Origin: an uncultured Gammaproteobacteria bacterium
Lineage (GTDB): Bacteria; Pseudomonadota; Gammaproteobacteria; UBA9214
NCBI GenBank assembly: GCA_963773065.1
Contig: CAVYZN010000017.1
Location: forward strand, 64,001 to 128,000
Direction of reading: 5' to 3'
DNA length: 64,000 nt
Part shown: one piece after another, positions 22,576-32,686 of the stretch
Numbering within the stretch: the first letter of the stretch is position 1
Layout: the number at the start of each line of letters is the position of its first letter
Position numbers and translations under genes: made by a program
Notes under the pieces: generated by a model
Database searches by the model: none
Told to the model about the DNA's origin: nothing
What the model saw: the letters and a program-made list of their open reading frames with translations, nothing else

Positions 22576-22599
22576 GCACATACGCCTCCCGAGGCTTAC

Positions 22600-23306
22600 A
22601 ATCCCCATCAGTTCAGACCGATGCCGGGCGTACACAATGTCGTAGACGTGGACGGATGTATCGTTTGCTCTACTCTCGACAAACACGCCGTACTTCCCCG
22701 TTGGATGGAGCAGGCGCTTCACGCTTTACCACCAAGTGAACTAGCCGAATCACCGCTGAAGTCGTTGACGAAGACGGGGAACAGTCACTGCCAAATGCCC
22801 TGCGGCAGTTCCAGTGGGCAGATTTCAGAGGGGACTTCAACTCCGCGATTCAAAGCCTTGTCGAAGGCCTTGCGTTACTCCGTCAAAGCAAGCCACTTGC
22901 TCGGCCCAAAGGAAAATCCAAAGGTTATGTCTTTATCAGCTATGCCTCGGAGGACGAGGCGTTCGTTGAGGAACTGAAAACACATATGAAGGGGCGCGGC
23001 TACACGTACTGGGATTTTCGAGAAAGCCAGCGCAACTATCAGGTCGACTACACGATCGAGCTCGAAGGGGTCATAAATGATGCCGAGGCAACGCTCACTG
23101 TCATCTCACCCGATTGGAAGAAGTCACCCACGTCTTTGCAGGAACTGCACTTCTCGAAAGAAGTTCGTAAGCCTGTGTTCTTGCTGCGTGTCAGAGACCC
23201 TGGGCCTACCTTGGCACTGGCAGGAATGACGTTTATCGATTTTACGGGCGCGCGCAAGGCAGGCTTCGCAAAGCTCGACTCCGAGCTCGTCAAGTTCGGA
23301 CTGTGA
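22600..23306 (+). pseudogene. Tandem TIR-TIR protein gene, 5' part frameshifted or degraded
   Basis: One frame reads LPNALRQFQWADFRGDF (end of TIR1), then VFISYASED...VISPDWKKSPTSLQELHF...FIDF (TIR2). Confidence 0.7.
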
Positions 23307-23313
23307 GCATGGG

Positions 23314-23371
23314 GCCGAACCCTTCGTTCCAGCGGACCGCCTTCGGCGGCCGCTGAACTCAATCGTTAGGC
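23314..23371 (+). other. Integron attC site (58 bp)
   Basis: R'' GCCGAAC, L'' TTCCAGCG, central hairpin CCGCC-TTC-GGCGG, L' CGCTGAA, R' GTTAGGC; lies just after a stop codon and just before the next ATG. Confidence 0.85.
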
Positions 23372-23386
23372 ACCTGAAAGCACACC

Positions 23387-24256
23387 ATGGCCACGATTCG
23401 AGAGTACTTTGATACCGACGCACGAGCGCTGACGATGCATGGGGCCTGGACCTTTGGCACCAAAGATGGCGTGGCACTCGCCGAGGTTATCGCCAAGATT
23501 GCCTACGACTTCGAGGCCAACGCAAAGTACTGGTACTTCTATGTGCCAGCCATGGACGACTTGTCTCAGTGCTTAAGTGCGCTCTTCAATTCTGCCGAAC
23601 TTGAGAACTGTCGCCTCGGACCCGATGGAGATGGCGTCTACGTAGAAATGGGTCACGCCGAATATTCGGAACGGCAATCCACTGCGACCCTCCAGTTCAC
23701 TAAGCGAGTTCACCTCTATCTCGACTTCGACCTTACACCGGAGAATAGAGCATCTCTAGTCGCGGAGATTCTTGCGCGGGGTAAATTCCGTGTCTATCCG
23801 TGATCGGGCATACGCGCGCAGGCTGTCATTGAGTGAGAAGCCGCTCGCTTTCATTTCGCATGACTTCACGAGATAAAGATGCGTTCGTTCGCGAGCTTGC
23901 TCATGAACTCGCAAAGAACTTCTGTACGGTCTGGTACGACGAATTCTCACTGAAGGTTGGTGATAGCCTTCGAGCGTGCATAGAGCGTGGTCTTCGCGAA
24001 ACTAAGAAATGCATCGTGGTGTTGTCACCCAACTTTCTGTCGAATGACGGCTGGGGTCGGGCTGAGTTCGACTCAATCTTTACGCGGGAGATCCTCGAAA
24101 AACAAAACGTGATACTCCCGGTCTGGCTCAACGTTGACGTCAAAGATGTCTACAACTACAGCCCTCGCTTGGCAGACAAAGTTGGGCTTGCTGCGACTCT
24201 AGGCGTTCCCGAGGTCGCACGCCTCTTGGCAATGCGGGTCCGCAAGAGGCGCTTAA
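23387..24256 (+). CDS. TIR-domain protein with unknown N-terminal domain (gene cassette; several frameshifts)
   Basis: Joining frames gives ...EKPLAFISHD-SRDK..VWYDEFSLKVGDSLR..IERGL...VLSPNF...W.RAEFD..ILPVW; probable stop inside GCTTAAC. Confidence 0.75.
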
Positions 24257-24303
24257 CATGGCGGTCAAAAGGATCCGCCGATACGGCTGCCGACCTTCAA
24301 CGT

Positions 24304-25705
24304 CTGTGTTATAAAATAAGGCATCATGGCGGCCTCTTCAAGTGCTTTATGAGGTTCGCAATGGGTCTGAGTCTGGAAGCACGGTTTGAGAAGTACAGTG
24401 ACACGATCGTGAACACGCTGATGCACGCAGATAGTGAGCAACAGGCGCGCTGGTACATCAAGGGATTGATGTTGCCGGGTGAGCGCAAGAGCGTGGAGCA
24501 GATGGCGGCGCGCGTGCAGCCGCAGAATGTACGCTCGGCGCATGAGTAGATGCATCACCTGGTGGCTGAAGCGGCCTGGAGCGACGAGGCGATGTTGTCG
24601 GCGGTGGCCGGGGCCGTGCTTCCCAAGCTGGTGCGTGAGGACGTGCCGGTGCACTGGATCGTGGACGACACGGGGTTTGCGAAGAAGGGCAACCACTCGG
24701 TGGGGGTCGCGCGTCAGTACTGCGGCCAGACGGTTAAGCAGGACAACTGCCGAGTGGCGGTGTCGCTGTCGATCGCCACGGCCTTCGGCAGCCTTCCTGT
24801 GGGCTATCGATTGTACTTGCCGCGCGCGTGGACCGGCGATGTGGCGCGTCGACGCCAGGTCGGCGTGCCCGAGGCGGTTGGCTTCGAGACCAAGCCGGCG
24901 TTGGCGATGCGCCAGATCGAGGCGGCTTTGGCGTCGGGTTATCCGCGCGGCGTCGTGCTGGCGGATGCCGCCTACGGCGACGAGACGGCGTGGCGCGAGC
25001 AACTGGCTGCGCACGAGTTGACCTATGCGGTGGGCGTAAGGCCGGGGACGACGGTATGGTGGGGTGAACATCAACCGCTGACCGAGCCGAAGCCTGAAGG
25101 CCAACGCGGCAGAGCGCGCAGGCGACTAGAGCGGGACGACGATCATCAGCGGATTTCAGTGGCCGAGTTGGCGCGGGTGCTGCCGGGGAAGAGATGGCGG
25201 ACGGTGACCTGGCGCCGGGGGTGTCTGAGCCGCTGAGCTCGCGTTTCGCGCGGGTGCGCGTGCGGGCGGCCCACCGCGACCGGCCCCGGGACGAAGAGTG
25301 GCTGATCATCGAATGGGCAGAGGGTGCCGATGAACCGGCCCACTACTGGTGCAGCAATCTTCCCAGGAACCTGCCCTGGCAGGAGATGATCGACACGGTG
25401 ATGGGACGCTGGCGCATCGAGCGAGATTACGAGGAGCTCAAGCAGGAGCTTGGGCTGGGTCACTACGAAGGCCGCAACTGGAGAGGCTTCCATCATCACG
25501 CGAGTCTGTGCATTGCCGCTTACGGTTTTCTGATGCTGGAACGCCTCGCCGGCAGTAAAAAAAACTCAGTTCAACTCAAAGCGCCTACACTACCCACCGG
25601 CTTGCGCCCGCGCGGGGCTGGAACCGATGCAGCGACATGAGCAAACGTCGATCGCCACCTGCCGTTTCCGGCTGGCACGCGCCATCGCGAGAACACTCAC
25701 GATGC
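24304..25705 (+). mobile_element. IS701-family element, pseudogenised and truncated on the right
   Basis: Left end CTGTGTTATAAA; transposase motifs GERKSVE, WIVDDTGF.KKG.HSVGVARQYCG, ADAAYG, RWRIERDYEELKQELGL; internal TAG at 24547 and a frameshift. Confidence 0.85.
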
Positions 25706-25707
25706 CT

Positions 25708-26145
25708 ATGATATTGACGCTCAACATCAAACTCTCCGGTTGGCGCATGACAACAGACTCATGGTCTGCGCGAGTCGAAGTGACTGAAAACACCACTCTC
25801 ACGGAATTGCATGAAACGATTTTGCGACTGGTCGGATTTGATAACGATCACCTACATGCGTTCTTTGCGGGGCGCAATTGGCGAAATCGGAAAATAAGGT
25901 ATGGAGAGCCTGCCGACACTCCGTTTGGGTTCAATGAAGACGAGGAAGTGACCCTCCGAGAAGTCTTTCCGTTACCGAAGGGGTACAAGCTCTATTACTA
26001 CTTTGATTTTGGGGACGATTGGTTGTTTCAAATTTCTCGTCGCCCGAATACCAAGGAGGCGGATCGAAATGCAGAGTACCCGCGGCTCCTACACGAGAAG
26101 GGGCTGCGACCAATACAATACCCTTGTGAACACGGTGAGGGCTAA
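25708..26145 (+). CDS. Plasmid pRiA4b ORF-3 family protein
   Basis: TL.ELH..I, FDNDHLHAF, YYFDFGDDW, YP motifs; stop lies inside GGCTAAC. Confidence 0.8.
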   Translation: MILTLNIKLSGWRMTTDSWSARVEVTENTTLTELHETILRLVGFDNDHLHAFFAGRNWRNRKIRYGEPADTPFGFNEDEEVTLREVFPLPKGYKLYYYFDFGDDWLFQISRRPNTKEADRNAEYPRLLHEKGLRPIQYPCEHGEG

Positions 26146-26187
26146 CACGCCCATCAACGAAATGACTGACTCAGAAGCTGCTCCAAT

Positions 26188-26481
26188 ATGAATAGTAAAA
26201 TCGGAAGAAATGATCCCTGCCCATGTGGGAGCGGTAAAAAGTACAAAAAGTGTTGCATGGAAAAGGACCGTATAGCCAATTCATTGTCCTGGCAAGATAG
26301 TGACGGCATTCATGTTGTAGGGCGAGGTGACAAACCATCTGGCGATAAACTTCTGGAGATGACAAAGAAGTATCAAGAGCAAATACGCATGTCACCCTTA
26401 TGGGATGAGATGGTTGAAAAATATGGCCAAGAAAAAGCAGAAGAACTGCTAACTCAGTTTGAGGTGAAGCTTGGAGAGTAA
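26188..26481 (+). CDS. SEC-C motif protein
   Basis: [20 protein letters not shown] at the N-terminus; AT-rich. Confidence 0.85.
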   Translation: MNSKIGRNDPCPCGSGKKYKKCCMEKDRIANSLSWQDSDGIHVVGRGDKPSGDKLLEMTKKYQEQIRMSPLWDEMVEKYGQEKAEELLTQFEVKLGE

Positions 26482-26502
26482 TTCAACATTGAGCTATTTC
26501 TC

Positions 26503-26637
26503 AGGGAAGCTCTGATTAAGTCCGTTCGTGGTGAGCCTGTCGAACCATGAACGGACGAATCGCCTGACAATTATGGCATTTCCCGTTCACCCTTCGACAA
26601 GCTCAGGGCGAACGGGAGACTTGATCAGAGCTACCTC
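26503..26637. repeat. MITE/REP-like palindromic element
   Basis: Imperfect terminal IR AGGGAAGCTCTGATTAAGTC / GACTTGATCAGAGCTACCT enclosing GTGAGCCTGTCGAA / TTCGACAAGCTCA. Confidence 0.75.
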
Positions 26638-26676
26638 GGGATATTTTGGCATAACAAGGCCCGATTTTATTTTCGA

Positions 26677-28041
26677 TCACCTGATCCAGAGAGTCTTGGC
26701 GTTCATGAACTCGCGCAGGCCGAGCCGGGACAGCTCCCGCCCGTAACCGGAATGCTTGATGCCGCCAAACGGCAGGCGGGGATCGCTCTTGACCAGGCCG
26801 TTGACGAAGGCGCAGCCGCATTCGAGCCGGCGCGCCACGCGCTCGCCGCGCGCGCTGTCCCGGGTCCAGACGCTGCCGCCCAGGCCGAACTCGGAATCAT
26901 TGGCGATGCGCACGGCATCGTCCTCGTCGCGCGCCCGGATCACGCTGGCGACCGGTCCGAACAGTTCCTCGCCCCAGGCGCGCATGCCGGGCTTGACGTG
27001 ATCCAGGATCGAGGGCCGGTAAAAGGCGCCCGGCCCGTCTATCGGGCGGCACCCGGTCACCGCCACGGCGCCGGCGGCCAGGCTGTCGATCACCTGCCGG
27101 TGCAACTCATCGCGGAGATCCAGGCGCGCCAGCGGGCCGATCTGGGTCGTTTCATCCAGCGGGTCGCCGACCACCAGCGCCTCGACCCCGGCCTTGAAGC
27201 GGCGCACGAATTCCCCGGCTATTGCCTCCACTAAGATGAAGCGTTTCGCGGCGATGCAGCTCTGGCCGCTGTTGATGAAGCGCGAGGTGACCGCGTTTGG
27301 CACCGCCAGGTCCAGGTCCGCGTCTTCGAGCACCACGAAGGCATCCGAGCCGCCCAGCTCCAGCACCGACTTCTTGATCAGGGAACCGGCGGCGGCGGCC
27401 ACCTCGCGCCCGGCCGGTTCGCTGCCGGTCAGGGTCACCGCCTGGACGCGCGGGTCGCCGATCACCCCGGCCACCTGCCCGGAGGGTATCATCAGGCTGC
27501 GGAACACCCCGCCGGGGAAGCCGGCCTCGGCGAACACCGACTCGATGGCGAGCGCGCACTGCGGGACATTGGAGGCGTGCTTCAGCAGAGCGGTGTTGCC
27601 GGCCATCAGCGCCGGGGCGGCAAAGCGGAACACCTGCCAGAACGGGAAGTTCCAGGGCATGACCGCGAGCACGGCGCCGAGCGGCTGCCAGGCCACCAGG
27701 CTGCGGCCGGCATCGGTTTCGATCACTTCATCCGCGAGGAAGGCCGGGCCCTGTGCCGCGTAGTACTCGCACACCCAGGCGCATTTTTCGATCTCGGCGC
27801 GCGCTTCCCGGATCGGCTTGCCCATTTCCCGCGTGATGATCGCGGCGAACTCCTCCCCGTGCCGGCGCAGCACCGCGGCCGCCTCGCGCAGCAGGGCGGA
27901 GCGCTCCCCGATTGACGCTTGCCGCCAGGAGGCGCTTGCCGCGGCCGCCGCCTGCAGCGCCGACTCAATCTGCGCCGGCGTGAATGCATCAACCACGCGG
28001 AGTGTATTACCATTCGCGGGATTAACTGATCTGAATGACAT
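26677..28041 (-). CDS. gabD: NAD(P)-dependent succinate-semialdehyde dehydrogenase family
   Basis: MPWNFPFWQVFRF, TGSE, ELGGSD, GQSCIAAKRF, EELFGP, PFGGIKHSGYGRE. Confidence 0.85.
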   Translation of the reverse strand: MSFRSVNPANGNTLRVVDAFTPAQIESALQAAAAASASWRQASIGERSALLREAAAVLRRHGEEFAAIITREMGKPIREARAEIEKCAWVCEYYAAQGPAFLADEVIETDAGRSLVAWQPLGAVLAVMPWNFPFWQVFRFAAPALMAGNTALLKHASNVPQCALAIESVFAEAGFPGGVFRSLMIPSGQVAGVIGDPRVQAVTLTGSEPAGREVAAAAGSLIKKSVLELGGSDAFVVLEDADLDLAVPNAVTSRFINSGQSCIAAKRFILVEAIAGEFVRRFKAGVEALVVGDPLDETTQIGPLARLDLRDELHRQVIDSLAAGAVAVTGCRPIDGPGAFYRPSILDHVKPGMRAWGEELFGPVASVIRARDEDDAVRIANDSEFGLGGSVWTRDSARGERVARRLECGCAFVNGLVKSDPRLPFGGIKHSGYGRELSRLGLREFMNAKTLWIR

Positions 28042-28077
28042 AGGGAACTCCCGTCAAGCTCACGAACCCGGCGCGCC

Positions 28078-30168
28078 TTGATCCGTGCACGCCCTAAAAT
28101 GACTATGTTGTACTCCAGCATTCCGTCAGGCGCGCCGCGCCTGTCACGAGCCGTGATTATACAAGGTGAACCCGGCCGCCTGGGCGACAGGCGTCACCCG
28201 AGGCCGCTTCCGCGCCGCCTCGTGCGCGCGCTCCGGCTTTCGGCGGGACTCCTGCTGCTGGTCAGCGTGTCGGCCTTCCCGGCGACATCCGACCCGCTGG
28301 AAGCCCAACGCGACCGGTTTCTCGAGGCGCGCAAGGCGCTGCAGGAGAACCACCTGGAGCAGTTCCGGGAACTCGCCACGCAGTTGCAGGATTACCCTCT
28401 GTACCCGTACCTGCAATTCGATGATCTGCGCAGCCGCCTGAGCCGTGCGGATGATAAAGAGGTCGAGCGCTTCCTGAAAATCCATGCCGGTCAACCGGTC
28501 GGCGACCGGCTTAACGAGTCCTGGCTGTACAGCCTGGCGCGCAACCAGCGCTGGCGGCTGTTTCTGAAACATTACCGGCCGTCGGAATCGGTGGACCTGC
28601 AATGCTATGCCCTGCAGGCCCGGCTCAAGACCGGAGACAAGCAGGGCCTGGTCGAGGACATCCTGTCGCTCTGGCTGACAGGGGAATCCCGGCCCAAGGC
28701 CTGCGATCCGCCGTTCAAGTTTCTCTCCGACGGTGGCCACATCGGCAAGGACCAGGTGTGGGCGCGCATCCGCCTGGCGATGCAGGGCAACCACCCGGAC
28801 CTGGCCGGCCACCTCGCGAAACGCCTGCCGGTACCGGATCAGGCGTGGGTCACGCTCTGGCGCGAGGCGCACGCCAACCCGAGCCGCACGCTGGATGATC
28901 CACGCCTGGACGCCGATACGCCGCAGGCCCGCGAAATCATCCTGCACGCCCTGCGCCGCATCGCCCGTTTCGACGCCGCGCAGGCGCATGAAAAGTGGCG
29001 GGCCATCAGCACGGCTTACGCCTTCACCGCCGCTGACACGGCATCGCTCGACGGCTATATCGCCTACGCGGCCGCCACCCAGCGCCTACCGGATGCGCAT
29101 GCCTGGCTGGTGGCGCTGCCCGCCGGCGCGGAGGAGCAACGCATTCGGGAGTGGCGGATACGCACCGCGATCGACGGCCGGGACTGGGCAGCGGTGCGCT
29201 CGCACATCACGGCCCTGCCGGCGGCAGAACGGGATGCCGACGAATGGCGCTACTGGCTTGCCCATGCCCTGGAAAAGACCGGCGAGCACGAGGAATCCAT
29301 CAACCGCTACAGTGAGCTGGCGAAGGAACGCAGCTACCACGGCTTCCTCGCGGCCGATGTCCTGCGCTGGCCCTACGCGATGGGGGACAAGCCGGTTACC
29401 CACGATGCGGCCGAACAGGAGTCCCTGCGCCGCAAGCCCGGCCTGGTGCGCGCCCATGAACTCTACCTTGCCGGCCTGCTGAGCGATGCCCGCCGGGAAT
29501 GGGTCTATGCCATTCGGGACATGAGCAATGAAGAACTCGCCCAGGCTGCCGTACTGGCCAGCCAGTGGGGCTGGCACGATCGCGCCATCCTGACGATCGC
29601 CCGCAGCGGGAACTACGATGACCTGAAGCTGCGTTTCCCGCTGGATCACGTCGATAGCGTGCGCCGGCATGCACAGGAAAACGACCTGGATGCCGGGCAT
29701 GTCTTTGCGGTCATCCGCCAGGAAAGCGCGTTCAACAAGGATGCCCGCTCACCGGCCGGCGCCATGGGACTCATGCAGTTGATGCCCGGCACCGGCAGGC
29801 TGACGGCAAATCAGAGCCGCATACCCTACACCGGCACCGGCACCCTGCTCGAGGTCGACAAGAACATCCAGCTCGGCACCAGCTACCTGCGCCAGGTGAT
29901 GGACCGTTTTGACGGCAATCCGGTGCTTGCCACGGCCGCTTACAACGCCGGCCCCAACCGGGTGGAGCGCTGGTTGCCCGAGGCGGACAGTGAGGACGCG
30001 ACGATCTGGGTCGCCGGCATCCCCTATACGGAAACCCGTAACTATGTACAGCGCGTATTCACCTATGCCGCGATCTATGACTGGCGCATGCAGCGCGTCA
30101 TCAACCCCCTGAAGAAACGCATGCCCGCGGTGTTCAGCATCGGGCACTACGAGCACTCCAGCTCCTGA
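28078..30168 (+). CDS. slt: Soluble lytic murein transglycosylase Slt70-like (start uncertain)
   Basis: YPLYPYL, IRQESAF, GAMGLMQLMP, AAYNAGP, ETRNYV. Confidence 0.9.
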   Translation: MIRARPKMTMLYSSIPSGAPRLSRAVIIQGEPGRLGDRRHPRPLPRRLVRALRLSAGLLLLVSVSAFPATSDPLEAQRDRFLEARKALQENHLEQFRELATQLQDYPLYPYLQFDDLRSRLSRADDKEVERFLKIHAGQPVGDRLNESWLYSLARNQRWRLFLKHYRPSESVDLQCYALQARLKTGDKQGLVEDILSLWLTGESRPKACDPPFKFLSDGGHIGKDQVWARIRLAMQGNHPDLAGHLAKRLPVPDQAWVTLWREAHANPSRTLDDPRLDADTPQAREIILHALRRIARFDAAQAHEKWRAISTAYAFTAADTASLDGYIAYAAATQRLPDAHAWLVALPAGAEEQRIREWRIRTAIDGRDWAAVRSHITALPAAERDADEWRYWLAHALEKTGEHEESINRYSELAKERSYHGFLAADVLRWPYAMGDKPVTHDAAEQESLRRKPGLVRAHELYLAGLLSDARREWVYAIRDMSNEELAQAAVLASQWGWHDRAILTIARSGNYDDLKLRFPLDHVDSVRRHAQENDLDAGHVFAVIRQESAFNKDARSPAGAMGLMQLMPGTGRLTANQSRIPYTGTGTLLEVDKNIQLGTSYLRQVMDRFDGNPVLATAAYNAGPNRVERWLPEADSEDATIWVAGIPYTETRNYVQRVFTYAAIYDWRMQRVINPLKKRMPAVFSIGHYEHSSS

Positions 30169-30214
30169 GCGTTTTGTTATAGGATTCCCTGCGCGCATTC
30201 ATCAGGATCAGCAC

Positions 30215-31180
30215 ATGAGAAATAACAAAATTTGCCTACTGGGCGGAACCGGTTTTGTGGGTTATCACCTGGCGAACCGTCTGACGCGCCACGGCTACAC
30301 TGTGCGGATACTGACACGCCGGCGCGAACGCCACCGGGAGTTGCTCGTGAATCCGGACATCAGCCTCATCGAGACCGATGTCTTCGACACCTACCAACTG
30401 CGCCAGTACTTCAGCGGCGCGGGCGCCGTTATCAACCTGATCGGCATCCTCAACGAGAGGAACGCGAAGGAGACCGGCTTCGCACGGGTCCATGTCGAAC
30501 TGCCGGGGTTGATCGCCGATGCCGCGGCCGCGGCCGAGGTTCACCGTCTGCTGCACATGAGCGCATTGCATGCCGACCCGGGGGAACCGGACAGCCGCTA
30601 CCTGAGAACCAAGGGCGAGGGTGAAGACCGCGCGCATGCGGCGGCAAACCAGGGCCTGCGGGTCACCAGTTTCAGACCATCGGTCATCTTCGGTCCGGGC
30701 GACAGCTTCTTCAACCGGTTCGCGACCCTGTTGAGAATCTCGCCGGGGTTTTTTCCGCTGGCCTGTCCCGGCAGCCGTTTCGCGCCGGTGTATGTCGGCG
30801 ATGTGGCCGAGGCGTTCTGCGCGGCGCTGGCGGATGACTCCACCGCGGGTAAGCGTCTGGAATTGTGCGGGCCGGACCGCTACACATTGAAGGAACTCGT
30901 CATCTACACGCGCGACACCATCGGCCTGAAAACACCCGTCCTCGGCCTGGGCGACGCGCTGTCGCGCTGGCAGGCGCTCATCCTCGGCGCGATGCCGGGC
31001 AAACCGTTCACCCTGGACAACTATTATTCACTGCAGCGGGACAGCGTCTGCACCGACAATGCCCTGCCGGCGCTCGGCATCACACCGACACCGGTCAAGG
31101 CCATCGTGCCGACCTATCTCGCCGGCAGGAACCTGCGCGGCCGCTTCCGCACCCTGCGCCGGGGGGCGCGGCGCAAGTGA
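30215..31180 (+). CDS. NDUFA9-like NAD-dependent epimerase/dehydratase
   Basis: GGTGFVG, YLRTK, RPSVIFG, PVYVGDVA. Confidence 0.85.
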   Translation: MRNNKICLLGGTGFVGYHLANRLTRHGYTVRILTRRRERHRELLVNPDISLIETDVFDTYQLRQYFSGAGAVINLIGILNERNAKETGFARVHVELPGLIADAAAAAEVHRLLHMSALHADPGEPDSRYLRTKGEGEDRAHAAANQGLRVTSFRPSVIFGPGDSFFNRFATLLRISPGFFPLACPGSRFAPVYVGDVAEAFCAALADDSTAGKRLELCGPDRYTLKELVIYTRDTIGLKTPVLGLGDALSRWQALILGAMPGKPFTLDNYYSLQRDSVCTDNALPALGITPTPVKAIVPTYLAGRNLRGRFRTLRRGARRK

Positions 31181-31215
31181 ACGCCGCCGCTGCCGGCCCG
31201 GCGTTTCGTTGAGCG

Positions 31216-32383
31216 ATGGAAATCTACCTCGTCGGCGGGGCGGTACGGGATAAGCGGCTGGGGCTACCCGTCGGGGAACGCGACTGGGTGGTGGTCGGCG
31301 CCACGCCGCAAGACCTGCTCAGACTGGGTTTCAAACCGGTCGGCAAGGACTTTCCGGTCTTTCTGCACCCGGTCACCAAGGAGGAATACGCGCTGGCGCG
31401 CACCGAACGCAAGACCGGGCCCGGCTATACCGGTTTTGCCACCTGTTACGATCCGACGATTACGCTGGAGCAGGATCTGCGGCGGCGCGACCTGACCATC
31501 AACGCCATGGCGGAAACGCCCGCGGGTGAGTTGATCGATCCCTGCGGCGGCGCGGACGATCTCGACAACGGGGTATTGCGCCATGTCTCCCCGGCCTTTG
31601 CCGAAGACCCGGTCAGGATCCTGCGGGTGGCGCGCTTTGCCGCGCGTTTTGCCCACCGGGGTTTCGAAGTCGCGCACGAAACCAATGCGCTGATGCGCCA
31701 GATGGCCTACAGCGGCGAGGTGGATCACCTGGTGCCCGAACGCGTCTGGGCGGAATTCGCGCGGGCGCTGGGAGAACAGACCCCGCAGCGTTTCTTCGAC
31801 GTGCTGCATGCTTGCGGCGCGCTGGCCAGGCTGTTTCCCGAAGTCGAGCCGCTGTACCCGCAGGCGCAGCCCGCGCACCACGGACAGGATAACGACGCGT
31901 TTTCCGCCCTGCGCGCCGCCGTTGCCCTGAGCGCCGATCCATCGATCCGTTGCGCCGCGCTGGCGTGCGATATCGACCGCGCCACGGGCGCGAGCTTCGA
32001 TACCCAACGCCTGGCGGCCATGTGCGCGCGTCTGCGCGCGCCCACTGCCTACCGGGAACTGGCCGGCTTTGGCTTTGCGGCAGCGCGGGCGCGTCCACGC
32101 GGCTGACACCCTGCCGGCGCCGGATTTGCTCGACCTGCTCGATGCCCTGGATGCCTTCCGGCGCCCCGAACGCTTCGAGGATCTCCTGCGGGTCTGCCGT
32201 GCCGACGCCCGCCTGCCGGATGAGGCCGATGCCTATCCCCCCGCCGCCTTGCTGCGGGCCGCCAGAGGAGTCGCCGCCGCGGTTGACGTCGCCGACCTCG
32301 TGGCGGCCGGAGCGGACGGCGAGATGATTGCCCGCCGCTTGCGAGAGCGCCGGATACTGGCGATTCAGGAGATGGGGGGCTGA
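31216..32383 (+). CDS. cca: tRNA CCA-adding enzyme (frameshift near 32070)
   Basis: [45 protein letters not shown]; [10 protein letters not shown]-terminus in another frame. Confidence 0.9.
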
Positions 32384-32686
32384 TACAACCCAAGAGCGTG
32401 CATCAGGTGCTGCTTTATGACCGCTGGCCCTGGCCGGGATAGGATATTCGGGGGGCCTCCGCAAGGCCGGGATACGCCGGCGGCTGGTGATCGGCGAAAG
32501 CCCAGGGGTCGAGCGAAATCCCGGCAATCAGGGTATGATCCCCGCGGGAGTGGACAGCGCCGCGCCGGGCGCACATCGAAGTCATCGGGAATTGCACATC
32601 CCCGGCGTCGGCGGCGGCCTGATTCTCCCCCACCGGGATAGATTTCAACATTTCATCTGAGCACATTGATAGGAGTTACGCCTTAA

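Noticed and set aside
23833-24549. TIR-transposase fusion protein in the ORF track
   Set aside because: Read-through arises from indels near the TIR stop and runs across the attC half site into IS701; unlikely to be a real fusion.
32384-32686. GC-rich hairpins with GNRA-like loops upstream of ppdK as a riboswitch
   Set aside because: No recognisable riboswitch consensus; such hairpins are expected at this GC content.
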